A DNA stretch of 37,660 nucleotides from an uncultured Methanosarcinales archaeon (GCA_964502785.1 CAZCXW010000006.1:1-37660); one strand, 5' to 3'; shown: positions 17,030 through 25,977, numbered from the stretch's first letter. Numbers and translations are program-made. The notes: generated by a model not told the origin, from the sequence alone.

Positions 17030-17290
17030 TTATCGACTTGTAAAGTATGAATCAACTATTTTCGCCAATTGAGAATCTTCAACTCGTAATGTTACTAACT
17101 TGCCACGTCCTGATACTTCAAAAGTAGAAAACCGGCTACAATCATCAAAACCAGAAGAACTTCCATCGTCAATAGTATTAACATTCATTCCGCGATACCC
17201 ATGAGTATGATATTTACCTTCTTCTATTAAATGTTCAACAAGTGCATCAAATTCTCCTCTAAGCAGTTGATATTCAACGATTCTTTTCAT
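17030..17290 (-). CDS. hypothetical small protein
   Basis: 86-aa ORF co-oriented with sppA. No recognisable motifs. Confidence 0.35.
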   Translation of the reverse strand: MKRIVEYQLLRGEFDALVEHLIEEGKYHTHGYRGMNVNTIDDGSSSGFDDCSRFSTFEVSGRGKLVTLRVEDSQLAKIVDSYFTSR

Positions 17291-17381
17291 ACAACTATTT
17301 TCGTGGTGATACTATTTTAACATTTATATCTTAAGAAATAGATAACAAGAAACAAGAGAGCGTCCGTTTATTTGGTTAGTA

Positions 17382-17605
17382 CTGTCAAAGAAAACCGTCC
17401 ACCACCGGTCAGAGACCTGGTGGCACAAAGAAATGTTCGCATTTCTTGTGCAAGAAATCAACAGATTTCTTTGCATGCTCGCTTTGCTCGGGGCGGTTTT
17501 CTGACTCACAAAAACATTGTTTTTGGATCCAAAAGCCAGAGCTTTTTGGCTCCCAGAATTTTCCAAGATGAAACCACCTGTCTAAGACTGGTGGAAAATT
17601 CTGTG
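17382..17605 (-). repeat. hairpin-cluster copy of the intergenic repeat family
   Basis: Shares in the same order with 2427..2567: CTGTCAAA, CCACC(G/C)GTCAGA, a CACAAAGAA..TTCTTGTG hairpin, CCCAGAATT and ACTGGTGGAA. Six hairpins were read by eye (17402-17423, 17424-17450, 17451-17473, 17529-17549, 17554-17603 enclosing 17574-17594). Confidence 0.65.
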
Positions 17606-17714
17606 ATTTTAATATTACAAACAGTGCTTAGAATGAATTATGTCTAATTTAGAAATCCCGAGATTGATAAAATAGAGATAGATACCATGTTCAATTTAAG
17701 AGCCCGAGTAATAT

Positions 17715-18104
17715 TTATGCACAACCTAAAAATAACACTATGTTCCCATTCTCATTTACATCAAACTGAGCCTTTCCACTAGTCTGGTCTTGTTCAGAGA
17801 AATAAGAATAAGTTACAGTCCAATATTTTATCCCCCTATATAATCTCTGGGAATTTACACTTTCAATTTGCCAATCAGTGCCCATATTCCATAAAGTAGA
17901 GTTTTTATTATCTTTCGACCAAGTTATAAACTCATTAGAAACTGCTAAAACATCTGTTTCATTTCCAACACTCATTTCAGAAGAAAATATTATTGGAACA
18001 TCAATGATGCATTCTTCTATCTCTGTAAATTCATTTTCTGTTTTACATCCACTGTTCATAAGTAAAAAGACTGCTAATCCCATAAAGATAAGTATCTTAT
18101 TCAT
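17715..18104 (-). CDS. putative lipoprotein/secreted protein
   Basis: Signal peptide with a lipobox-like LMNSGC. No other motifs. Confidence 0.5.
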   Translation of the reverse strand: MNKILIFMGLAVFLLMNSGCKTENEFTEIEECIIDVPIIFSSEMSVGNETDVLAVSNEFITWSKDNKNSTLWNMGTDWQIESVNSQRLYRGIKYWTVTYSYFSEQDQTSGKAQFDVNENGNIVLFLGCA

Positions 18105-18298
18105 ACTATCTGAGAATAAATGAGGGTCTTTTTAAGTATATTGAACACTTTTATTGAAATTGAAGCATTGAAGTTGAAGCGTTAAAGCGAGGGCTCCTGA
18201 ATTGAATATAACACTAATTAACTTCAATCATGTTCCATGCTCGTGAATAAGCAATTTTCAGCAACATTTTTATAATGTCGTTAAAATTCTGAAAAATA

Positions 18299-20548
18299 AT
18301 GGTCGAATTAATCATAACTGAAAAGCCATCTTCGGCACAGAAAATCGCGGAAGCTCTCGGCGAAGATAAGCTTGTGAAGAAGAAAAGCAAGCAGAGTTCT
18401 TATTATGAATTGCAGTTTGGGAAAAAGAAGATTCTTGTTACGTCTGCCGTTGGTCATCTCTTTGGGCTTGCGGAGGAAGAAAAGAAAGGGTGGAATTATC
18501 CTGTCTTCGCTATCAAGTGGGAAGCTTCGTATAAATCTTCGGGTGATTTGAAGTACATCAAAGATTATATTGATACGATTGCCATGCTCGCGAAAAATGC
18601 AGATGAATTTACTATTGCCTGCGACTACGATGTTGAAGGAGAGGTTATTGGCTGGAACGTCATTCGTTTTGTTTGCGGGCAGAAAGATGCGAACAGGATG
18701 AAATTTTCAACTCTCACCAAGCCGGATCTTGTAGAAGCATACCAAACTAAAATACCTCATTTAGATTGGGGACAGGCATATGCCGGGGAAACACGGCATA
18801 AGTTAGATTGGTTTTATGGGATCAACCTTTCACGCGCTCTTACCGCTTCCGTAAAAGCGGCGGGTTCTTTTAAGGTGATGTCCGCCGGCCGCGTCCAAGG
18901 GCCAGCGTTAAAGATTCTCGCGGACAGGGAGTTGGAAATCAGCAAATTTAAGCCGCAGCCATTCTGGGAAATTATTCTGCAAGGAGAATTTCAGAAAACA
19001 GATATCGAAGCGCTTCACGAAGCAGGAAAAATGTTCGAAAAAAAGAAAGTAGAGGAAATTCTGCAGAAAGTCAGAGGTGAAAAAGAAGTGCTCGTGAACG
19101 ATGTAAAACGCACGCAACGCCAGCAGGCGCCGCCCACGCCATTTGATCTGACGACACTGCAAACAGAAGCGTACGCCATTTTTAAATTTAGCCCAAAACA
19201 GACACTGGATATTGCCCAGTCACTATACTTGGCGGGACTTACTTCTTATCCTCGAACTTCTTCTCAAAAATTGGATCCTAAAATTGGCTTTGCGAAAATT
19301 CTGAAAGACTTAAGTAAGCAGACCGAGTATCAACAACTTACACAGCAACTGTTATCTCAAAAGGAACTTAAGCCAAATAATGGAAGCAAAACTGATCCAG
19401 CGCATCCTGCGATTTTCCCTACAGGTGTTATGCCCAAGACACTTAAACCCCAAGAAAAGAAAGTGTACGATCTTGTCGTCAAGCGTTTTATGGCCACGTT
19501 CGCTCCTCCTGCTCTGCGGGAGACAATGGATGTTTTTCTGGATGTCAAAAATGAAAAATTTATCGCGAAAGGAACAAGAACACTGGAAGCCAATTGGCAT
19601 CTCTTTTATTCTCCCTACGTGAAAGTTGATGAATTGATTCTGCCTAATCTGAAAAAAGGAGATATCATTAAAATAAAAAAATTGGATAAAGTGGATAAAG
19701 AAACACAGCCGCCTAATCGCTACAACCAATCTTCGATTATAAAAGAACTGGAAAAACGGAATCTTGGCACAAAAGCAACAAGAGCTGATATTGTTGAACG
19801 CTTGTATCAACGAGGATATGTTGAAGGCATGCAAATTAAAGTGACAAAGTTTGGCTTGGAAACGGTGCTTATTCTCGATAAATACGCGCCGACCATTTTA
19901 GACGAAAAACTAACTGCCGACTTTGAAGAAGACATGGAAAAAATCCGCGAGGGAAAACAAAAACAAGAAAAAGTATTAGAAAAAGCAAAAACATTCCTGA
20001 CATCTTTGCTTGCTGACTTTCACAAAAAAGAGCAGATGATTGGCAAAGAACTTTTGAAATCGGTCCGTGAAACACAGGATGAACAGAATTATATCGGGCA
20101 ATGCCTGAAATGTAAAGAAGGAAAGCTTATGATCCGCTACGGCAAATTTGGCCGTTTTATTGCCTGTGATGCCTATCCTGCCTGTACGACAACATTTAAA
20201 ATCCCAGCGGCGGGAATGATCAAGCGTTCAGAAAAAGAATGTCCGCATGATAAATATCCAATGGTGGAAATCAGAATGAAAGGCAAACGCCCGCATGTCA
20301 CGTGCATCAAGCCTGACTGCCAAAGCAAAGTTTCCCGTGAAGAAGCACAGGAGGCTAAAAAAGTTCAAAGGCATGAAATCGAAAAAAAATGTCCTCAATG
20401 CGGCAAAGAATTAAAAATCCGTAAATCATTTTATGGTGAATTTATTGGCTGCAGCGGTTTCCCGGCTTGTAAATATATAGAACAGTATAACACAAAGACG
20501 CATCAATTCCAGCAGCCGGAACGAACATCTAAAAGTAGTAATAACTGA
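18299..20548 (+). CDS. topA: type IA DNA topoisomerase (archaeal TopA / Topo III-like)
   Basis: Toprim domain (LIITEKPS, CDYDVEGE), active-site region GLTSYPRTSSQ, and C-terminal CxxC zinc ribbons. Confidence 0.9.
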   Translation: MVELIITEKPSSAQKIAEALGEDKLVKKKSKQSSYYELQFGKKKILVTSAVGHLFGLAEEEKKGWNYPVFAIKWEASYKSSGDLKYIKDYIDTIAMLAKNADEFTIACDYDVEGEVIGWNVIRFVCGQKDANRMKFSTLTKPDLVEAYQTKIPHLDWGQAYAGETRHKLDWFYGINLSRALTASVKAAGSFKVMSAGRVQGPALKILADRELEISKFKPQPFWEIILQGEFQKTDIEALHEAGKMFEKKKVEEILQKVRGEKEVLVNDVKRTQRQQAPPTPFDLTTLQTEAYAIFKFSPKQTLDIAQSLYLAGLTSYPRTSSQKLDPKIGFAKILKDLSKQTEYQQLTQQLLSQKELKPNNGSKTDPAHPAIFPTGVMPKTLKPQEKKVYDLVVKRFMATFAPPALRETMDVFLDVKNEKFIAKGTRTLEANWHLFYSPYVKVDELILPNLKKGDIIKIKKLDKVDKETQPPNRYNQSSIIKELEKRNLGTKATRADIVERLYQRGYVEGMQIKVTKFGLETVLILDKYAPTILDEKLTADFEEDMEKIREGKQKQEKVLEKAKTFLTSLLADFHKKEQMIGKELLKSVRETQDEQNYIGQCLKCKEGKLMIRYGKFGRFIACDAYPACTTTFKIPAAGMIKRSEKECPHDKYPMVEIRMKGKRPHVTCIKPDCQSKVSREEAQEAKKVQRHEIEKKCPQCGKELKIRKSFYGEFIGCSGFPACKYIEQYNTKTHQFQQPERTSKSSNN

Positions 20549-20609
20549 AAACAAATAAATTTTTTGGTCACTACATTTATTAACAGAGATAAGCGCTGAA
20601 GAAATCAAG

Positions 20610-21560
20610 ATGGGGCGGAAGGAGCTTATTCTTAGCGGATTAATAGCTACTGTGGTTACTCTTTTTTCATGCTGGTGGTTATATCATCGCGTGGACGATG
20701 CTCTCTCTACAATTTCAGAATATAGAGTAAATTCCTTTCCTGAAGCATCACCCTTTTCAGAAGAAGATTATAAGTCTGGTTTTCCTATAAGGAAAAATCG
20801 TTCTCTCTTCTCTTCAGTTCCGGAACATAGACAAATATTAGGGACTAAAGAGAACGCAGGAGCGGACTACGCAGCATGGAGAACGGAAGAAATGCTCACT
20901 GGAATTGAGCGTTCTCTCTTATGTATCACTGCTGATGATTATTTTGATTATGCAGAGGGGGTGGATTACAGCAAAGAAGAACTAGAAGATCCTATCAATG
21001 CTCTACATCAAATGGAGAATTGCACTTCGGAATTATTAGATGAAGCAGCGATAAATTTAGTGGAAGCCTGCCAGTACATTGCTGACCATCCTTTGATTTT
21101 ACAAGAAAAAGAGGGGATAAGGAGAAATCTCATTGTTGCCTTTTGGTATCGAGAACGAATTTTAAATGCCGCTAATACGACTCATGGCCAGATGGAAGCT
21201 GCCCATGCTTGTTCCAGAAATGATTATGATTTGCCTGAAGAAGATCCCCTTCTTCAAGGATACCTTGATTACTGCAATCAAAATCAGCTTAATTTTAGAC
21301 GGACTTTAATTGATTCTTGTGCAGAAGCAGTGAGCTATCTTCCTTGCGGCAATGATCTTAATGCTGTCGCGGTAAGGGCCTACGCGCAAATTTTTTTATC
21401 TCAGGAACCATCCTCTCAATCGATAACAGATATTTTAAACAGCTGTCCAATGTATGGGCCTAAAGAAGTCTTTAACCTTGTAAAATGGATGGCTGGTGAT
21501 CCGGAACAGCGTAGTGATTATAATGAAGTATTAACCAAGTTGCTAAAAGAAGACTATTAA
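20610..21560 (+). CDS. N-terminally anchored Cys-rich hypothetical protein
   Basis: 316-aa ORF with a single N-terminal TM segment (LILSGLIATVVTLFSCWW). No recognisable family. Confidence 0.5.
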   Translation: MGRKELILSGLIATVVTLFSCWWLYHRVDDALSTISEYRVNSFPEASPFSEEDYKSGFPIRKNRSLFSSVPEHRQILGTKENAGADYAAWRTEEMLTGIERSLLCITADDYFDYAEGVDYSKEELEDPINALHQMENCTSELLDEAAINLVEACQYIADHPLILQEKEGIRRNLIVAFWYRERILNAANTTHGQMEAAHACSRNDYDLPEEDPLLQGYLDYCNQNQLNFRRTLIDSCAEAVSYLPCGNDLNAVAVRAYAQIFLSQEPSSQSITDILNSCPMYGPKEVFNLVKWMAGDPEQRSDYNEVLTKLLKEDY

Positions 21561-21616
21561 CTCTTTTTTGAAAATGATTCCAATATTTTATATATTACAC
21601 TATTTCTTCTTCACTC

Positions 21617-22468
21617 ATGAACGAGCCGTTTATCTTGTTAATGGTCACGACGTTAATCGCTTTGGCCATTTCTTCGTTCGTGGATATAAAAAAGAGGGAA
21701 GTGCCAGACTGGATTAGTTACGGGCTGCTTGTTTCCGCATTTGGGATGAGAGCCATCATCTCTGTGGATTCTGGCTGGGAAATATTTTTAAATGGAATTT
21801 TTGGGTTTTTGCTATTCTTTTTATTAGGATCTTTTTTTTATTATACTAATCAATGGGGCGGGGGAGACAGCAAGCTGTTGATGGCCATGGGTGCAGTTAT
21901 TGGAATCGCTTACCCATTTAATGCAGAGAGTTTTTCTCTCGTCTTCTTTTTTCTTTTATTGCTGCTCAGCGGCGCTGTCTGGGGCATCGCCTGGATGGTC
22001 TATCAAGCATTTCACAACTACGAAACTTTTAAAAAAAAGTGGAAAGAAATGCTTCAAGAGCATAAGAGCATGCAATGGATATTTTTAAGCTTCTCCATGG
22101 TATTTTTGCTCTCTATTTTCTTGATTCCTTTTTTTGCTTACATATTCTTCCTGCCATTGCTTACTTTTTATCTAATTTTGTTTGTGAATACGGTAGAAAA
22201 AAGCTGTTTTTATCATTTTCTTCCTATTGATAAATTAACGCCAGGAGATTGGTTAGGAAAAGATATTATTGTAAAAAGAAGAATGTTCATGAAACGGCGC
22301 ACTTTAGATGAAAAGGATATAACCGCTCTAAAAGCCTTGCAAAAAAAAGGAGTAATTTCTTCCGTGCTCATCAAAGAAGGTGTTCCTTTCATTCCTAGTT
22401 TTTTTATTTCTTATGCCTTACTATTACTGAGCCAAGACGCAATCTCGCAATTTTTAATAGGGCTGTAA
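21617..22468 (+). CDS. A24-family prepilin/preflagellin peptidase
   Basis: DIKKREVPD (first Asp) and GGGDSKLL (GxGD second Asp). Polytopic membrane protein. Confidence 0.8.
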   Translation: MNEPFILLMVTTLIALAISSFVDIKKREVPDWISYGLLVSAFGMRAIISVDSGWEIFLNGIFGFLLFFLLGSFFYYTNQWGGGDSKLLMAMGAVIGIAYPFNAESFSLVFFFLLLLLSGAVWGIAWMVYQAFHNYETFKKKWKEMLQEHKSMQWIFLSFSMVFLLSIFLIPFFAYIFFLPLLTFYLILFVNTVEKSCFYHFLPIDKLTPGDWLGKDIIVKRRMFMKRRTLDEKDITALKALQKKGVISSVLIKEGVPFIPSFFISYALLLLSQDAISQFLIGL

Positions 22469-22586
22469 ATTCTCATCCAGGGGATCACGAAGCCTTCTTA
22501 GACGACTTTCGTATACGTTTTGCGAATCCCTGATTTCAAGAAAAGAATCAGTGAACATAAAGAATAAATGATTTATGAGGTATAGA

Positions 22587-22703
22587 ATGGACAAAGAACT
22601 TCAAAAATTAATTGATGAATCCCAAGAGCTTATCGACAAGCTTTGTATGGAAATAGTTGTAGTAGAAGAAGGGATGATTAAAATTCCGGTGGAAGCAGAA
22701 TGA
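22587..22703 (+). CDS. 38-aa ORF, unknown
   Basis: MDKELQKLIDESQELIDKLCMEIVVVEEGMIKIPVEAE. ATGA overlap with the next small ORF. Below the track length cutoff. Confidence 0.25.
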   Translation: MDKELQKLIDESQELIDKLCMEIVVVEEGMIKIPVEAE

Positions 22704-22837
22704 CCGAAGACATTAAACACGTTAAAAAAGAACTGAAAGAGCAAAATGAATTCCTACATTCTATGTTGAGGTCTTTTGAGGATATTAAGAAAGGAAGGGT
22801 TAAAAAGTTTGAGTTCTCGAAGAAGTATTCTGCGTAA
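22700..22837 (+). CDS. 45-aa antitoxin-like ORF
   Basis: MTEDIKHVKKELKEQNEFLHSMLRSFEDIKKGRVKKFEFSKKYSA. The S.EDIKKGRV tail resembles the C-terminal motif of small type II antitoxins. No toxin partner lies downstream. Confidence 0.3.
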   Translation: MTEDIKHVKKELKEQNEFLHSMLRSFEDIKKGRVKKFEFSKKYSA

Positions 22838-22855
22838 ATCCTAGTTGAGTTCAAT

Positions 22856-23228
22856 TCAAATTGAAATTATGGGAAGTATTAAATAAATCATTTTTCCCAT
22901 GAATTCTGCATTTCTTAACGGTGGAACACCTAAAATGCTTTCAGTTCTTTGAGTATAAATCTTTAAATTTTCTTCATCATGAACAGCACGTGGATAATCA
23001 TAAAATTGTTGATTTGGAAATTCCTGTTTGTACGTTGCAAAATCAACACCAACTATCTCTCCCGCCAATTTAGCCAAAAACAAAAATCTACCCATTGCTA
23101 TTTCGGTGTTTGCTTCTCCCAATGTATGTAAACAACCAACATACGCTTTTAGATCATATCTTCGAGAAAGTTCTCTCGTAATATCGTCAACATAAAAAGT
23201 ACTCTCATTAAATCTTTTTTTTTTCCAT
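22856..23228 (-). pseudogene. hypothetical protein interrupted by a frameshift in an A10 homopolymer
   Basis: The track ORF starts at a TTG, but its frame stays open 35 codons further upstream with no start codon. An ATG at 23228-23226 is one base out of frame across the T10 run at 23215-23224. Nine A would give MEKKKRFNESTFYVDDITREL... Confidence 0.45.
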
Positions 23229-23401
23229 ATCTATCAATCTATAAATTTAGGTTCTAATTTAAAAACTGTGATTCCACTATTTTTAATTTGTTTGAAATCG
23301 TAATAGTGATTGGGAGAACGGCAATTCATATCCGTTTCAGGATGGTTAGTAATATTATTGTCCGTAATAATATATATATCTCTTCTTTATCTCAGGTTAT
23401 T

Positions 23402-24031
23402 ATGTCGGAAGAATTCCCTAACGAATTAGTGGTCTATACTGACTTTGATAAAACTATGACTAAGCAAAATACTCCCCTGCATTTTTTAGCGAAACTCTTT
23501 TTTCGACAGCCAGGGAGAACGTTGCGGGGTGTGCTCATCGCCTTTCGCCGGTATGGTCTCAGCGGCCGAGGTTTTGTCTCGGCGTTATCTGCTGTGCCCG
23601 AATCTATGTGGAATGGAATTGCAAATGAAGTTGTAAAGAAACTTACCATCCATCCGCGATGGGCTGCTCATGTACAACTAATCTTACAAAAATATCCTAA
23701 TATCTTTTCTCTTCGGTTGATTATCATTACAAGAAATCTTCGTCTCATTCCAGAGTTATTCCTGAGAGTTTATGGTGGTAAAATATTGAGATTGTGCAAT
23801 GGAAAATTACGTCTGAATAGGACAGTGATCATCAGCAATGAAAATATTAATAACGTTGGACTTTACAGAGAGTCTTACAGGCCGCTGATGCTTGCAGACA
23901 TCATTGATAGAAGCGAAGATAAAATTCGTTTCATCCGCAGTAAAAATGCTTTCTTTATCGGAGACAAAGAAGAGTATGAGGCGCTGGTAAGCAAAAAATT
24001 ATTGAGGAAGTTGCATTTTTATGAAGTTTAG
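23402..24031 (+). CDS. HAD-IB-like hydrolase
   Basis: VYTDFDKTMT (DxDxT motif I), IIITRN and FFIGDKEE. I prefer the ATG at 23402 (MSEEFPNE). Confidence 0.5.
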   Translation: MSEEFPNELVVYTDFDKTMTKQNTPLHFLAKLFFRQPGRTLRGVLIAFRRYGLSGRGFVSALSAVPESMWNGIANEVVKKLTIHPRWAAHVQLILQKYPNIFSLRLIIITRNLRLIPELFLRVYGGKILRLCNGKLRLNRTVIISNENINNVGLYRESYRPLMLADIIDRSEDKIRFIRSKNAFFIGDKEEYEALVSKKLLRKLHFYEV

Positions 24032-24051
24032 AGAGTTTTGATAAGTTCTCT

Positions 24052-24794
24052 TTAGATAATGATGAAAGTTTCTTTATCTACATTTCTTACCCCAGCAACA
24101 AAATGCGGTAATTCTAAGTTTCTCTGATAGCGACAGGCAATCAAAATATCCTCCTGACTAAAACCTTGGGCAAGGGGTTTGGATTGCGGGTGAACATGAT
24201 AATAACCAATTACTCTTTCTTTTTTGAAACGTGCTTTTTCATCGTTTAGGAAGTCTGGAACAAGATGATCGTGGTAACAGAACTGTGGGCCGTAGATGTC
24301 TGGCGTTGGATTTGCCGCAATTTTTCTGCGGTTGCCGGTTTGATTAGTCCTCTTTCATTCAAAAAACAACTCATTCCCTGAGGGAGCTTAAATCGTCCTG
24401 ACTGGTGATTTTTTTCGGTATAGCTTCTTAACTCATTTTCTACGCATAATTTCAAGAAAAAATGAAGTATATCAGTTGCCGCTCTTGCTAACAATCCTTC
24501 AGGCTTTGGACGCGATAATTCTCCTAAAGAATGACTCACCTCTATAAGAGTATCATGCACTTCCAGTGTATATCTTTCAGGAGGAACATAAAAAAAAACG
24601 GCTCGGGAAGAGGCATTAATAGGATCTAAGAAATGGGTAATCATAGCTTCATCATTTTTGATTTCTCCGCATAAAAAAAGGTCCTGTTCAACGCCGTATC
24701 GTTGACTTCTTTTTCTTACTCCTTCCAGTTCTTCTCGTACAGCATCATTGATATTTATAATAACTTTTCTTTGCAAGTCTATGTTGCGTGTCAT
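24052..24794 (-). pseudogene. JAB/MPN-type metalloprotease gene disrupted by a -1 frameshift
   Basis: The 182-aa N-terminal ORF (VEQDLFLCGEI, Glu region) stops at 24246. The -1 frame is open from 24354 to 24052 with no usable start. It encodes ..ERVIGYYHVHPQSKPLAQGFSQEDIL.., an HxH..S..D JAMM motif. Confidence 0.5.
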
Positions 24795-24929
24795 GAATTA
24801 GGTCTTAAAGAAGAGGATTTATAAAACTTTCTTTACTATTTAGTGATTAATACTTTATTTAACTTTTATGGCTAAGTGGTTATGTGAATCACCACAAATT
24901 TTAAATAATTCTTCTTCTTGAATGGAAAT

Positions 24930-25637
24930 ATGTTTGAAAAATTGATTCATATTGGACTTACGGCTACCGAGGCAAAGATTTATGTCGTGTTGCTGGACAT
25001 CACAAAGGCTCAGGCGGGTGTCCTTTCTCGCAAGACGGGAATCCATCGCAGGAGTGTTTATGATGCTTTAGACCGTTTAATAGAGAAAGGGCTTGTAAGC
25101 TATATTGTGGAAAATGGCAAGCGCTATTATGTGGCCGCCGATCCAAAGCGGGTACAGGATTTAATTGATGAAAAACGTCAAGAAATTTATGATCTTCTCC
25201 CAATGCTCCATGCCAAATTTTTTGAACATAAAGAGAAACAAGAAACTGTTTTTTATCGTGGAAAAGAAGGAATTAAAACAGTCTATGACAATCAAATCGC
25301 TACGGGCAAGGCGATTTACATCATCGGCGCCCGCGAAGAGGAACAAAAAGTATTTCCATCTTATTTCCTTCATTTTACAAAGAGGCGTCTTGCAGCGAAA
25401 ATAAAGATTTATGCCATCTGCTCCGGTTTGAAGTGTCAAAAGACACTGCCTCTTCTAGAAGCACGTTATCTTCCTGCTTCTTTTTCTACTTTAGTGTCGA
25501 CAGCAATCTATGGGCAAAAAGTGGCAATCATACTTTGGCTGCCTCACGATCCTGTTGTAATTGTAGTTCAACAACAGGATATTGCCAAAACTTTTCAGAA
25601 TTATTTTGATTTGTTGTGGGAAGTAGCGGAGAAATGA
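24930..25637 (+). CDS. TrmB-family transcriptional regulator
   Basis: GLTATEAKIYVVLLDITKAQAGVLSRKTGIHRRSVYDALDRLIEKGLV is a typical TrmB N-terminal wHTH. I prefer the ATG at 24930. Confidence 0.8.
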   Translation: MFEKLIHIGLTATEAKIYVVLLDITKAQAGVLSRKTGIHRRSVYDALDRLIEKGLVSYIVENGKRYYVAADPKRVQDLIDEKRQEIYDLLPMLHAKFFEHKEKQETVFYRGKEGIKTVYDNQIATGKAIYIIGAREEEQKVFPSYFLHFTKRRLAAKIKIYAICSGLKCQKTLPLLEARYLPASFSTLVSTAIYGQKVAIILWLPHDPVVIVVQQQDIAKTFQNYFDLLWEVAEK

Positions 25638-25689
25638 GGTAGTTTTTGACACAGTCTAATAATTATTAATAAAGAACAATTATTAATTA

Positions 25690-25781
25690 CGAGCCTGCCC
25701 GGATTCGAACCGGGGTTTGCGGGTGTCTTTAAGCTTAGCTTTCCGAAGCCCGCCGTCCTATCCAGGCTAGACTACAGGCCC
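25690..25781 (-). tRNA. tRNA-Arg (anticodon UCG) with an 18-nt intron at position 37/38
   Basis: Hand-folded cloverleaf. Acceptor stem GGGCCUG/CAGGCUC, D stem GUCU/GGAC, anticodon stem GCGGG/CCCGC with loop CUUCGG^A, and T arm CCCGG-UUCGAAU-CCGGG. Discriminator G and no encoded CCA. The intron is at 25725-25742 (AAAGCUAAGCUUAAAGAC). 74 nt plus 18 nt gives 92 nt. Confidence 0.85.
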
Positions 25782-25826
25782 ACAAAAGGTATAATTAATG
25801 GGCGTTATAAAAAACTTTTGATTCGT

Positions 25827-25886
25827 TGTGTGATACTTGCTATTTGGACATTGATTTTTGACATTCTAGTGCATTTTAGTATATAT
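25827..25886 (+). repeat. partial copy of the intergenic repeat (3' tail plus TTCTAGTGCATTTTAGTATATA)
   Basis: TGTGTGATAC...CATTGATTTTTGACATTCTAGTGCATTTTAGTATATA matches the reverse complement of 12531..12567 and the tails of 5361..5388 and 1021..1043. Confidence 0.55.
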
Positions 25887-25977
25887 AGTATAGTATTGGT
25901 CTATTATTGTTCGATTATTATTGTCTGACACTATCCGTCGATTTAATTGTCTCAAAGAAAACTAATCATCACTATAT

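Noticed and set aside
19352-19834. 160-aa minus-strand ORF
   Set aside because: It is antisense inside topA, as are 18908..19162, 19357..19593, 19380..19622 and 19869..20075.
22856-23228. YVDD in ..STFYVDDITREL.. as a reverse-transcriptase motif; possible DGR or retron
   Set aside because: The ORF is only about 125 aa, no other RT motifs are present, and there is no template/variable repeat pair with A-specific mismatches in the window.
25690-25781. tRNA-Arg as an integration site with an attL/attR duplicate
   Set aside because: The only similar string (TTGCGAATCCCTGA near 22530) is short, imperfect and in the wrong orientation, and no integrase is present.
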